NCBI RefSeq assembly: GCF_018977255.1
Contig: NW_024704759.1
Coordinates: 7,068,001-7,132,000 of the forward strand
Direction: 5' to 3'
DNA from: Callorhinchus milii
Lineage: Eukaryota
DNA: 64,000 nucleotides
Notes under the pieces: generated by a model
Told to the model about the DNA's origin: nothing
Seen by the model: the letters and a program-made list of their open reading frames with translations, nothing else
Database searches by the model: none
In this document: positions 53,501 through 63,349 of the stretch, piece after piece
Layout: every line of letters starts with the position of its first letter
Position numbering within the stretch: the stretch's first letter is position 1
Made by a program: the position numbers and the translations under genes

Positions 53501-56500
53501 GTTTCTTCAGGTTCTTCTACCTTCACTTCAATATGGACTGGGATTATTGTACCACTCTCAGGTGTAATAGGTCCTTTATCCTGATTTCTTTCACATGCTT
53601 CAGTCAAGCCGGTAATAGAAATTTCCTGCAATTTAAATAAACCAACAATGTAGAAACTGGGGCTTATTCAAGAGCAAACACTGAACTCCTAAAAAAGTGG
53701 TGGTAAAATGAACTTCAGTCATCAAAAGTTGACACTTCCACCTTGGAGTCAGAACGTTGTGGACTAAAGGCTCAAGAGATTTTGAATTTATATGATCTAG
53801 ACCAGTGGTAGCCAAATTTTTTGGTTGGCCAACCAAATAAATTTTTCTTTATTGAATTTTTCTTCATTAATAGCCAAGTCATGGGTATCACGGCTCGGAA
53901 GTGACCGGAAAGAAGGTACTGATTCGGAGTGGACTTGCCTGGACTGGTGCGGGGATTCGGTGGGCCACTTCTTGACACCCCAAAAGTTGGCCACCACTGA
54001 TCTAAACCAGAACTTCAATGCAATGTTGTGCTGCATTGTCGGAGGTACTATCCTTTGGATGAGTTGTTAAACTGAAGTCCCGGCTACTTATTCAGATGTA
54101 TGTTACTTTGCTGTTTGTGGGACTTAATGTGTGCAAATTGTCTGCACATTGTTCACGCACTGGGACGTCCCCTCGACGGGAAAGGCGCTCTATAAATGTA
54201 ATCTTCTTGTTGTTGCTGCAGTGTTCACCTACAAAGTGTGCAGTCACTTTACTTTGCAGTGGATACCGAAAAGTGCTTTGAGATGTCCTCCTCATGTAAA
54301 GGGTGCTGTAGCAAATGCAAGGATTATGATTATATTATTATCACTATAAATTGCACAAGCAAATGTAGCATAAGCAGGCCTGGGAATTCTTGGCATTTGC
54401 AGTCATTTGCCCTTCCAATGATGTCAATTTCAAATTCATGACAGAATTTACAGTACAATGTCCCAACTACATTAAGAGCAATAGCAAAACTGGATTGCCA
54501 GACAGACTGAAACAATCATGAATTTATAATAAGCAGCCTTTCGAAGCACCAGAGTTTTTGTTATATAATCTCCTTAACTTAATTTCAAAATTGGGACTTT
54601 TGACAAATTTTATCTTGCTTTCCTTCCAATGATCATTTATACATGTTCAGTGTTTGCTTATAAAATAGCAGTATCATTATTCTAAGATGTATGCTTATTA
54701 TTCTAAGAAGGAAAATATAACACGATGAGAGAAGAAAAACAAATTTACTAGTGGACAACAAGTGACCTTCTGGCCCGCCTTTAAACGTCATCCTCTGCTT
54801 CACCTTCTCACATTTCTCTCCACAATCCCACGGAAAGAACAATAGTTTCTGCTTAAATATTTTAGAATAACTTAGTATGTTTCAATTAAATGTTTCTTTT
54901 TCCAAATAATAAATAAAAGAACCACTGTACCAACAACCCAATATCCTCATTAGGGGGAACAGTTTGGTTGTGAAAACAATCAGTTATTAGGTTATCTACC
55001 AAAAGGCATACTTTAGTGCAATGCATGTGTCTGTAGTCTTGCCGAAATATACTGCATTGCGCATTACCTCCCAAGTAAAAATAAGTCATACTGCAGTAAA
55101 ATACCAACAAATTGCAAAATAAACAAGTGAATGAAGGCATCGTGGTGAGGTGGAAGCAACATTATTAAATTAATTAAGCTTCCAATAATGAACACAGTTC
55201 TGCTTATTTTTCATTTGTAATGGGTTACGATTTCTCTTACAGATTCAAGATTGGAGCACATGCATGTGATGATAAAGGAGGTCATCATAGATCAGGGCGG
55301 TCCAACTGGCGGCCGACATGCCGCATTTGGCTCGCAAACCATTTCCAATTTCGGGCCACCCGTTCCCTCCCTCTCCGCTGCCAGATAGTGAACTACCTCA
55401 TTCGCGCTGTTGGAAGAGTGGCCGTTACCACTGCCGGCTAGTGCACTCTCCCGCATCCCAATTGGCTGCTTGCCAGATAGTGAGTTAACAGTCATTTCAA
55501 TTTCAAATGGGGTCCGCCAGCTCCTCTGATTTCGCGAGATTATCCACCTGTCAAATAGTGGGAACCATAACAGGATTTTCGGGCCCTCTCTCTCGCGAGT
55601 TTGCCTGTGGGTGATCGTGCCGACTCCTGCTCTTCCAGCTCAGAAAGAGGCATATGATTGGTCACCTCCATGGTATACTCTGAGAAACCCCAAGTATAAG
55701 CCTGTGGAGAGCAGCAGATTCTCTCCCTACCCACCCAACAAGACCCAGAAGGTTCCTCACAACAAATCTGCCTCTTTCCCCACTGAGAGACTACGGCCTT
55801 CTGACATGAAAAAGGTACTGTGTAAATGTTACGTTTCTGGAAGGGAAACACAAAAATATTGCTAATGCGGTCCATGGAAGTTTCTCAAATTCAGCCCTCA
55901 GCAGCCACTCTGTCATAGATAGTTGAAGCAATGCCATTATTATTCAATAATAATAATTTGGTCATTCAATCCACGACTGTCTGTGAGACACTACTGTGTT
56001 CAATTTGCTGCTGCAATTCGCCCACAAAATCTGCAGTCAATTCACTTTATAGTATATTCTATGAAACACTTTTGAGAGATATCGAAGACGTGATAAGGCA
56101 ACAACATTACATTTGTATAGCGCCCTTCACATCGGGAGGATGACCCAACGCGCTGGACAGTGTACAGCATTTCAGACTCTGGGTCTTGTTGGGTGGTTAT
56201 GGGGAGAATCTGCTGCTCTCCACAGGCTTATACTTGGGGTTTCTTAGAGGGGGAGAGAAGGAAGGGAAGAGGGAAGGGGAGGGTGGTGACCGATGGCATG
56301 GTCAAAGAGGAGGGTTTTGAGACGGGAGTTGAAGGAGGTGGTGAGGCGGAGTGATTGGGGGATGGAATTCCAGAGGTTGGGGGAAGAGTGGCTGAAGGGT
56401 CTCCCGCCAATAATGGGGCGGGTGGGTCGGGGGACGTGGAGCAGGCCAGAGCCAGCTGAGCGGAGGGAGCGGGCAGGTTGGGAGGGGGTTAGGAGGTCGC

Positions 56501-59500
56501 AGAGGTAAGGTGGGGCGAGGCCATGGAGGACTTTGTAGGTGAGGACCAGGATCCTGAACTGTTTCCTCTTAAGGATAGGGAGCCAATGGAGTCGGGTGAG
56601 AATGGGGGAGATGGGGTCACAGAGTTTGGTGTGGGAGAGGTCATGGGCTGCAGAGTTCTGGATTATCTGCAGCCTGTGGAGGGAGGTAGGAGTTGGGAAG
56701 GCCGACAAGAAGGGAATTTTCATAGTCGAGTCTGGAGGTGATGAAGGCATGAATAAGAGTTTCAGCAGCCTGAGGGGTGACCTCTCTGCCTCCACCCTGA
56801 ACTCCAGGACTACTGGCGTCCTGACCGACTGCCTCTCTGTCTGTTAGGACAGCAGTGGTCCTGGAGTTGAGGATGGAGGCAGAAAGATAGAGTTGGGTGT
56901 CTTCCGCATACATATGGAAGTTGACCCCGTTTCTGCGGATGATGTCACCAAGAGGGAGCATGTAGATATTAAAGAGGAGAGGGCCAATGACAGAGTCCTA
57001 GGGAATGAGGCACTATGTCAAATGTAAGTATTATTATCATACATAGTGCTTACCATGGCATCATGCTGGAATTGTAGGCTATCCTCCATCTGTGCATCAT
57101 TGCCTGCTTCCATCACTATTCCAAAGAAGCCAAATCCCTCATCCACTCCTTTCTCCAGATTGAACATATCCAATGCCCTGCTAACCAGCCTTCCCAAGCT
57201 CCAGACCATTCACAACTTTGAAGCCTATATCCTCTCGTGCACTAGGTTCTACGAACCAAACACCCACATTCTCGTCCAGCACTACTGTCTCCTTATCCCC
57301 CAAATGATCAACTAAGATTCTTGTCCTTTCTTCAAATATCTCCCCTGCCTTGGCTGAATTTTAAGGTTACACTGAATATGGTTACTTGATCGATCTCCTC
57401 TGTATATTTCAAGTGTTCTCCTACCACACGCCCCTTACTTCTACAAAATCTGGAGGAGCTGAGAAAGAAAGGTTTGAAGTTATTTTTATACTGTACCTGG
57501 CTGTCATTGGGTAGTTCTGAAGACAATGTGAGCTTATTGAGGTCTGTAGGCGCTTGTGTAGGTGGTTCTGGCGTTTGTGTAATCCACTCACACATTCTCG
57601 TTCTTTCTATTGCAGGGACTTCCACACGCGGTTTACTAATTGGGGCCTCAATGTTGATTATATTACGTGCAGTGTCTTTCTGAGACTTTCCCTTCCCAGG
57701 GCAGGCTTCAGAAGTGGAGGTAGTTTCTCTCTCCTTGCGAGGTCCACCTCTTTGCTGTAGCCGGTACTGATATTTCTTATTGAGTGAAACATATTTTTCA
57801 CCCTGTGTCAAGCGATAAATTCATATATAAATTAGACGAAAATCAAATGCATTACTGAGGTTTTCCATATATTTCACATAAAGCACCAAACTAAAATGAA
57901 AAACTTGGTTAAGGCTATAGCCTTAAATAATAATATAATATATATTATAATATAATGGGAAAATTCTATACCGATGAAATGGAATTCAAGGAATATGATT
58001 TTAACTGTTTAACAATTGAAGGAAATCACATCAGTCACAAGAATGGGAGCCATAAGTGAGCTGTTTTCTTCAAGAATATACCTAGACTCGCCTGCTCCGA
58101 GGAGAATCAGCTTTCTACTTCCTCACTTTGCGCATTACATGAATATTATTGTAAAAGAGACTGAATAATGCACAATTTACCACATTTTGAAACAGTAATT
58201 CAAGATTGTATTCAGTTTTTAAAAGGGATGAAGAGCTCTCTCCATCTAAACCAATCTCGTGATTCTGTGAATTCCTTAATAACAAATGGGTAAATAACAA
58301 CTCCTTCCAATAACTGGAAGTGCATAACCAGACCTGCTGTCACTCCACTCTAGAGATAGGTCATATAAGAATGGAGTCCACATGGATTAGCAAAATATAC
58401 TTCCAGCTACTAGAATGAGTTACCATTTGCAAGTCAGAATGATTAAAAATGTCATTGGAAATTACTGCGTTTCAGACCTTAATGAAGCACAAGTTTGGTT
58501 TCCATTGAAAAATATCTAATGTACTTCATAACTTGTACTTACATTCTCCTGCTTATACACTGCAATCCTGCTTACAATATCTTTGAAGTCAGCATGATAT
58601 TTAGCTGTGAAAAGTAAAAATAATACTTAGCTATATTAAAAATACTGCACATTTCACATGATGATTTTGCACCCATCTGTATGTAGGAGGGAAATGGTGC
58701 AAGTCATTTTGAGTATGTATTTTCCATCAGATTGTGTGGTTACCTACAATTCCCTTGGCAACCAGTCTAATGCAGTATATTGTTGCCATAGAAAATCTGC
58801 CACTGTACCTGCGGTATAATTCACAGGTAAATAGGCGAGACATCTAAAACACAAACATGGCTCGTGTACCATATCTCACCTTTCACAAGAACAAAAATAG
58901 AAATCGTAACACAAGAGGAAAAGGATAATTAATTTCTGTAATTTCTAAACAAGATAATTATTAAATACTAGCTGTACCCGCTGCAGCTACGCTTGCAACC
59001 AAAGGATCGAAATGTAATGTAGATTTCAGTGATGCCACGCACAAATCATTTAACATGCCATAAACACCGTGTGTACACCTTACATGCCTTTCCACGTCGA
59101 AGTCCAGCCGAGCTATTGTTTGAGCGGGCAATTCATTTTGCCTCGCTCTTGCAATTCTTTCAGCATTGAAGTCCAGCCTTTAGTTTCATTTAAAAGTTAT
59201 TTAGTTTCATTTAATCGGCCTTCTCACTTTTGTCTTGCATTTTTATTTGTCCTTAAAAAAGTCTTAATTTTTAATCTTAATTAAAAGGTGCTTTTTTTAA
59301 TAGTGCCTTCAGCCACTGCGCCCCGAGGCTCTGGAACTGCCTTCCTCACTCCCTTCGCCTCGCTCCCTCTCTTCCTATTTTCAGGTCTCTGCTGAAGAAC
59401 TTTCTTTTCGACCGCGCCTTTGGTCACCTTCCTCCCCCTTCCCCTGGCTTGGTCCCGGGATCTGTTACTGTGAAGCGCTCTGAGACGTCGTCCGGCGTGG

Positions 59501-62500
59501 AGGGCACTATATAAATCCAAGTTCTTGCTGTTGTTGCAATTGGGAGGACTCCTGTGGGAGGACTGTAGCTCCCATGACAACCCAAAAAAGCTACCATACA
59601 TTTGTTGGAGAATATATTAGTATAGATGTATCTCTTTAGAAGGGTGTGTGCTTTCCTCTGTTGCTACTTTGTTGCACAATACCATACAAACCTCATATTT
59701 TGGGGTTTAATTGAAGCATTTTTTAAATATAGCTCATCAACGATAGAAGAGCCCCGAAAAAAAAACCATGACGCTCCTGCGTGCAAGACCTTTCCGATGG
59801 AGAATAAATCATTTCTCTATGTCAATCAGTTATTGTGTTGGCGGAAACACAGAGACACAAACCACTCATCTTTATTAGTATAGATGATGTTGATATCTAC
59901 TGAATGATAGTGAAATACTCTACTGGTTATTTCTTACTCCCCTAAGCAAGAACAGACATTTTAGCTTTTACCTTACATTATTTTAGTTATACATTCTTTC
60001 CAAGCTTGAAAGATATTGCTACCCCAAACTAATGCTGTCCCCAGGCAGTGAAGTAGGCACTAACCAATGTACCTTTTTCTACTGTGTATCCATTATCAGT
60101 GCAATAAAAAAAACTGGTGGAGCAGGATGCAGGATGGAGCACATTGCCACAGAACTGGTTTGCAATCGCGTGACATCGCACGCCTGATAATAATCCCTCA
60201 AGAAAAAAAATAATTTCGGCACTCAATCAACGACTGTTTGTGGGACACTGCTGTGCGCAATTGGCTGCCACGTTTCATCCACAAAATATAGTCAATTCAC
60301 TTTACAGTATATTCTGTGAAGAGCTTTGAGATGTTGAGAAGTCGTGAAAAGTGCTATGTCAAATGCAAGGATTATTATTATTATTTGATAAGTTCCCAGG
60401 TTTGTGACACATCAGAAAGCTAACCACCCAAACTTTTATTTAGATTAACCATCTCTCTTTAACTCACCTCTTTTTACCTATTATACTTCTCTGTGCACGC
60501 TGTTGCACAATAGTGCAAACGTACAAAACCTGCCGATACTCAGGATTCACAAATAAAGAATGGCTGAATGAGTGAAGTACTGGAGGCTTGACAATACCTG
60601 GAGAACCCAGGATCAGTCAGCACCTTAACTATTGGAGGGGAGAAAATTGGATCCACAATTTTGTGCTCAAAAATCAAGCTATTGAAGTCTGAAAATAAAC
60701 TTTCTGATGAATGATGAAGATATATATTCGAAGAATTTTTTGAGGCGAATAAGAGAGGCTGTGCGCTTTAATTATGTTCTTAGAATTTCTAAACCAAGCA
60801 TTACAAGGATGGTGATTACATCCAAATAATTAACCTTGATCAAAGACTATTACTGAACTTTTATTCTGACAGCAACATTGTATGAATGTCATACATTACA
60901 ATGCTGTGAGGGAATAATAATTGTATTGTGCAAAACAAGATGGCACCATTACAAAAGGAATAAGAATCTACAAATGTTGCTTACATTTAAGTAACCATTA
61001 ATTTGGGACTAGGATTCTGTTATCAATGAAGATTATATTCGACACAGTTCAGACTCTACCAAGACATCAAGGGATCGTAATATGTAATAAAGAACATAGG
61101 TCATAAAGGGTTGGCTGGAGCATACACTGCAGTATATGTAATGCAACATGAAATATGAGGTGGAAGGGTCCATAATGTAACCTTGTACAATATAAACTGA
61201 ACCTTCAGGAATTAGAAGTGATGTAATGACCTTTTGTACCACATAAATTCTGCCTCAAATAACACTGAGCTAATTCAACCAGTTATACTTCCATTGCTTC
61301 ACCCCACTGGAACACCAAAGTGTTAGTACCCATAACCTTCTCCTTTATTTCTCATCTGCTTACCAATACAATCCCAGCCCTTCAATCAGCCTCAGTGGGT
61401 CTCCACACCATGCTGGAATATGTCTGTTTACAATCCTCAGGTAAACAACACAACTTTTTTCCCTTTCCAATATGAAATTCTCCAGGAACTCACCCAATTC
61501 ACATATACTTTGATGCTGAATACTTCAGAACTTTAGTAATTCATCCCTCCAGCTGCCCAACCATATTCAACTGAATGTGTAATGTAAGTATTATTTTACA
61601 TTTTATAGCTCTGGTCATGGAAAGTTCAGTGTGAATCATTTGCGGGCTCGAAGAATATTAACCTGACATCTTTTTTAGTAAACCATCCCTCCCTCACGCA
61701 ATCTCTCTTTATCTCTAACAACAGCTTTATCTACAAACTAACACAAGAATCCAACGCTTGTCAGAGAAGCTAAAACAGGAAGGGTTGGTGGGCCAAGCAT
61801 CACTTGTTTTTTAAAAAAATATAGTATAAGACCTATTTATTTCCAGCCAAAACAGACGTCACGCTTAAACGCCTCTCCAATTTCCGTTACCTTTACTGAC
61901 CCTTTTTAAAAAAAAACAAGTCCAATGAATCAGTTGAGTATCAACAACAACAACAAGATTGCATTTATGGAGCGCCCTTCACGTCGGGAGGACATCCCAA
62001 GGGGCTGATGTATCCATCATGTGTCATCTAGTTTTGAAACGGTGTAGAAATTTACAAAACGTAAGCAAAATTGAACAGGTTCCAAGAAGACAGGGGGTTA
62101 AGTGGAATTTATTTGGGGCCACGTTGGTGAGTCCGCAGCACTGCAAGGCCCAATGACAGACCACCTACTCACCACAGTCCAGCCACTATTCCAGCACACC
62201 CCACCACCCCCGAAGTCCAGCCTCACCTATTTCCCCCCCCCTCCCCACAGTCCAGCCACTATTCTAGCCCCCAGCCCCACTGTCCATCCCACCCTCACCC
62301 CCCCACCCCGTCCAGCCCCCCACCTTACCCTCCCACTGTCCAGCCCCCCACTGCCCGGATCCCCCAATGTCTGTCTGCCCCCCCCACCGTCCCCCATCGT
62401 CTGCCCCCCCCACACTGGCCAGCCCCCCCACCTCACCGTCCCACTGTCCAGCCCCCCCCCCCCCACTGGCCAGCCCCCCCACCTCACCCTCCCACTGTCC

Positions 62501-63349
62501 AGCCCCCCCCCACCTCACCCTCCCACTGTCCAGCCCCCCCACCACCTCACCCTCCCACTGTCCAGCCCCCCCCCCTCCCCCCCCCCCACCTCACCCTCCC
62601 ACTGTCCAGCCCCCCCCCCCCACCTCACCCTCCCACTGTCCAGCCCCCCACCACCTCACCCTCCCACTGTCCAGCCCCCCCACCTCACCCTCCCACTGTC
62701 CAGCCCCCCACTGCCCAGATCCCCCAATGTCTGCCCCCCCCCCCCACCTGGCCAGTCCCCCCACTGTCCCCCACTGGCCAGCCCCCCCACACCGACTATC
62801 CAGCCCTCCCCCACTGTCCAGCCCCCCCCCACTGTCCAGCCCCCCACTCCCCCCACTGTCCAGCCCTCCCCCCACTGTCCAGCCCCTTCACTCCCCCCAC
62901 TGTCCAGCCCCCTTCACTCTCCCCCACTGTCCAGCCCAACCGCCATTAACCGCCACGTGCAGCCCCAGTCGGGGAAGGCGGTTGTTGACAAGTGACCCCC
63001 TCCCCAACCACTCAACCAATCGTCACCGAACTCACGTGACTGACAGCCAGAGCCACTCGCTCGCTGTGGGTGGGGGCTCTTACCCTCTCTCTCTCTCTCT
63101 CACCCCCACCCCACAGTCCCATGACTCTAACCCCTACCCTCTGCTGCTGCTGCTGCTCTCCCCCTCCTCCTCCCCCCCCCCCCCCCCGGGGAGCGGCTCT
63201 TACCCCTGCGCTCCGGCTCGGGGGCGTTAATGAAGCGTTTAAACCTCTCCACCAGCTCCTTGTTCCTCACGCGGCCGCCTCTCTGCACAAGAAAGTCCAC
63301 CAGGGTCTCCTCGGTGAGCGCTGTCGCTGCCGTGGCCGTGGCGGGCCAT
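23358..63349 (-). CDS. sowah2: Intron-containing sosondowah ankyrin-repeat protein (Sowah/ANKRD43 family, likely sowah2), 15 coding exons, about 426 aa
   Basis: Hand-spliced GT-AG exons with compatible phases give the N-terminal Sowah domain ([22 protein letters not shown]...[22 protein letters not shown]), the ankyrin region ([11 protein letters not shown]...[17 protein letters not shown]...[19 protein letters not shown]...VRDYSGR) and C-terminal KKWGSAENL. The paralogue number is inferred from linkage to irx7. Confidence 0.88.
24960..25230 (-). mobile_element. CR1 LINE 3' fragment
   Basis: CTCTCCCCATAGCCCTGCAAA...CTACCACCCTTTCAGGCA...AACAACTCGCTGTGTGAAAAAATTTCTCCTCA is the end of CR1 ORF2 plus 3' UTR in reverse. 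Confidence 0.7.
25419..25514 (-). CDS. sowah2: Sowah exon ([32 protein letters not shown])
   Basis: ttcctgaacag| ... |gtaagt, 96 nt, phase 1-1. Contains the Sowah-type RDYSG motif. Confidence 0.92.
27272..27344 (-). CDS. sowah2: Sowah ankyrin exon ([24 protein letters not shown])
   Basis: ttttctcag| ... G|gtaagt, 73 nt, phase 0 to 1, TPLH motif. Confidence 0.93.
28719..28721 (-). CDS. sowah2: Sowah 3-nt microexon (GGA, Gly)
   Basis: gtctttcgcttctgttgtag|GGA|gtgagt. Completes SRA-H-G-GYTPLH. Confidence 0.78.
29725..29727 (-). CDS. sowah2: Sowah 3-nt microexon (CAT, His)
   Basis: Pyrimidine tract + tgctaatcgatggataaatgcag|CAT|gtaagt. Confidence 0.78.
31243..31395 (-). mobile_element. SINE 3' fragment
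   Basis: Family tail match. Confidence 0.85.
31719..31805 (-). CDS. sowah2: Sowah ankyrin exon ([29 protein letters not shown])
   Basis: tttttatag| ... |gtgagt, 87 nt, canonical ankyrin repeat. Confidence 0.93.
33050..33170 (+). mobile_element. CR1 LINE 3' tail
   Basis: GCAGGGCTATGGGGAGA...GATGGGCTGAATGACCTCCTTCTGTGCTGTATAATTCTATGATTC. Confidence 0.7.
34440..34758 (-). mobile_element. tRNA-derived SINE, short form
   Basis: Full-length family match. Confidence 0.92.
35170..35852 (+). mobile_element. Degenerate CR1-like LINE (ORF1-like segment joined to a 3' tail)
   Basis: Purine-rich WVSVRKG...[11 protein letters not shown]-type ORF1 remnant, ending in AACTAGATGGACC...TTTCTTATGTTCT. Confidence 0.55.
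36040..36042 (-). CDS. sowah2: Sowah 3-nt microexon (TTT, Phe)
   Basis: tttttttgatactgcttgacaaaag|TTT|gtaagt, with the expected residue in the expected order. Confidence 0.72.
37790..38051. mobile_element. Tc1/mariner (Tigger/pogo-like) non-autonomous remnant
   Basis: Ends in CTTAAGCGGCTTCCACTG-TA (TIR-like plus TA) and has internal repeated TGATTGACAGC...CATTCACAAGC...CTGTCAATCA blocks. Confidence 0.55.
38210..38212 (-). CDS. sowah2: Sowah 3-nt microexon (GGG, Gly)
   Basis: atatcag|GGG|gtaagt, with the expected residue in the expected order. Confidence 0.75.
38839..38850 (-). CDS. sowah2: Sowah 12-nt microexon (DFTS)
   Basis: cccttag|GACTTCACCTCT|gtaagt. Supplies the DF.S expected before GFTALHW. 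Confidence 0.88.
39432..39533 (-). CDS. sowah2: Sowah exon 6 ([34 protein letters not shown])
   Basis: tttttacag| ... AAG|gtagac, 102 nt. Start of the ankyrin domain. Confidence 0.92.
40250..40543 (+). mobile_element. L2 LINE 3' end
   Basis: Encodes [25 protein letters not shown], matching the C-terminus of the L2 copy at 56244-56795, followed by the same 3' tail. Confidence 0.85.
41553..41872 (+). mobile_element. tRNA-derived SINE, long form, 5' truncated
   Basis: Family match including the internal CORE-like segment. Confidence 0.87.
44362..44663 (-). mobile_element. tRNA-derived SINE, short form
   Basis: Full-length family match. Confidence 0.92.
44690..44935 (-). mobile_element. Deu-domain SINE (old copy) interrupted by the younger SINE
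   Basis: Reverse of GGTAGCATTCTCATCTCTAAGTCAGAAGGTTGTGGTTTCAAG head and a Deu-like ...CCATGCCACTATATTGAAAAGAGAAGGAG body. Confidence 0.6.
46803..46859 (-). CDS. sowah2: Sowah exon 5 ([19 protein letters not shown])
   Basis: tttcatttag| ... |gtaagt, 57 nt. Joins the next exon to give [11 protein letters not shown]. Confidence 0.85.
50040..50320 (+). mobile_element. Old degenerate SINE-like interspersed repeat
   Basis: ATCTCAGC...ACAATTGGCCT...GGGCTAGGAAGGGG...TTCCTGCTC motif, with similar pieces near 14010, 15390, 17810 and 48790 (reverse). Confidence 0.5.
53479..53625 (-). CDS. sowah2: Sowah exon 4 ([10 protein letters not shown]...EAESVLK), low-complexity linker
   Basis: ttgcag|GAA acceptor, AAG|gtcagt donor, 147 nt, phase 0-0, purine-rich and open. 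Confidence 0.7.
53803..53999. mobile_element. hAT (Charlie-like) MITE, 197 bp
   Basis: TIRs CAGTGGTAGCCAAATTTT / reverse complement CAGTGGTGGCCAACTTTT, and 8-bp TSD ATCTAGAC / ATCTAAAC matching the NTCTAGAN target preference. Confidence 0.85.
55293..55600. mobile_element. hAT-like DNA transposon fragment
   Basis: Starts CAGGGCGGTCCAACTGGCGGCC...GCCGCATTTGGC (Charlie-type end) and has internal CCAGATAGTGA repeats. No partner TIR found. Confidence 0.45.
56100..57005 (-). mobile_element. L2 LINE, truncated and rearranged ORF2 (RT) plus 3' UTR
   Basis: [27 protein letters not shown] (degenerate YADD) and LQIIQNSAA...[13 protein letters not shown]...[18 protein letters not shown] are L2 ORF2 signatures; tail GCGCTATACAAATGTAA(TGT)n. 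Confidence 0.92.
57497..57802 (-). CDS. sowah2: Sowah exon 3 ([12 protein letters not shown]...ELPNDSQ)
   Basis: cacag|GGT acceptor, CAG|gtacag donor, 306 nt open. KYV.L motif ends the N-terminal domain. Confidence 0.8.
58543..58604 (-). CDS. sowah2: Sowah exon 2 ([21 protein letters not shown])
   Basis: ttttcacag| ... |gtaagt, 62 nt, phase 1 to 0. Continues the N-terminal domain. Confidence 0.88.
59300..59535 (+). mobile_element. L2 LINE 3' end
   Basis: [14 protein letters not shown]-type C-terminus and tail GCACTATATAAATCCAAG(TTG)n. Confidence 0.75.
60178..60383 (+). mobile_element. SINE, 5' truncated
   Basis: Family match. Confidence 0.85.
62170..62938. repeat. C-rich minisatellite (CCCACTGTCCAGCCCCCCC[CACCTCACCCT])n in Sowah intron 1
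   Basis: More than 20 recurrences of an ACTGTCCAGCCCC-like core, directly visible. Confidence 0.93.

Noticed and set aside
56244-56961. Functional reverse transcriptase gene
   Set aside because: Truncated, internally deleted and frameshifted, with catalytic YADD changed to YAED. It is a dead L2 copy.
60462-60480. 10-nt AG...GT microexon candidate in Sowah intron 1
   Set aside because: No pyrimidine tract, frameshifting, and exons 1 and 2 already join in phase with continuous homology. Probably chance.
62102-63230. Proline-rich extensin-like ORFs (297 and 287 aa)
   Set aside because: Translations of the C-rich minisatellite.
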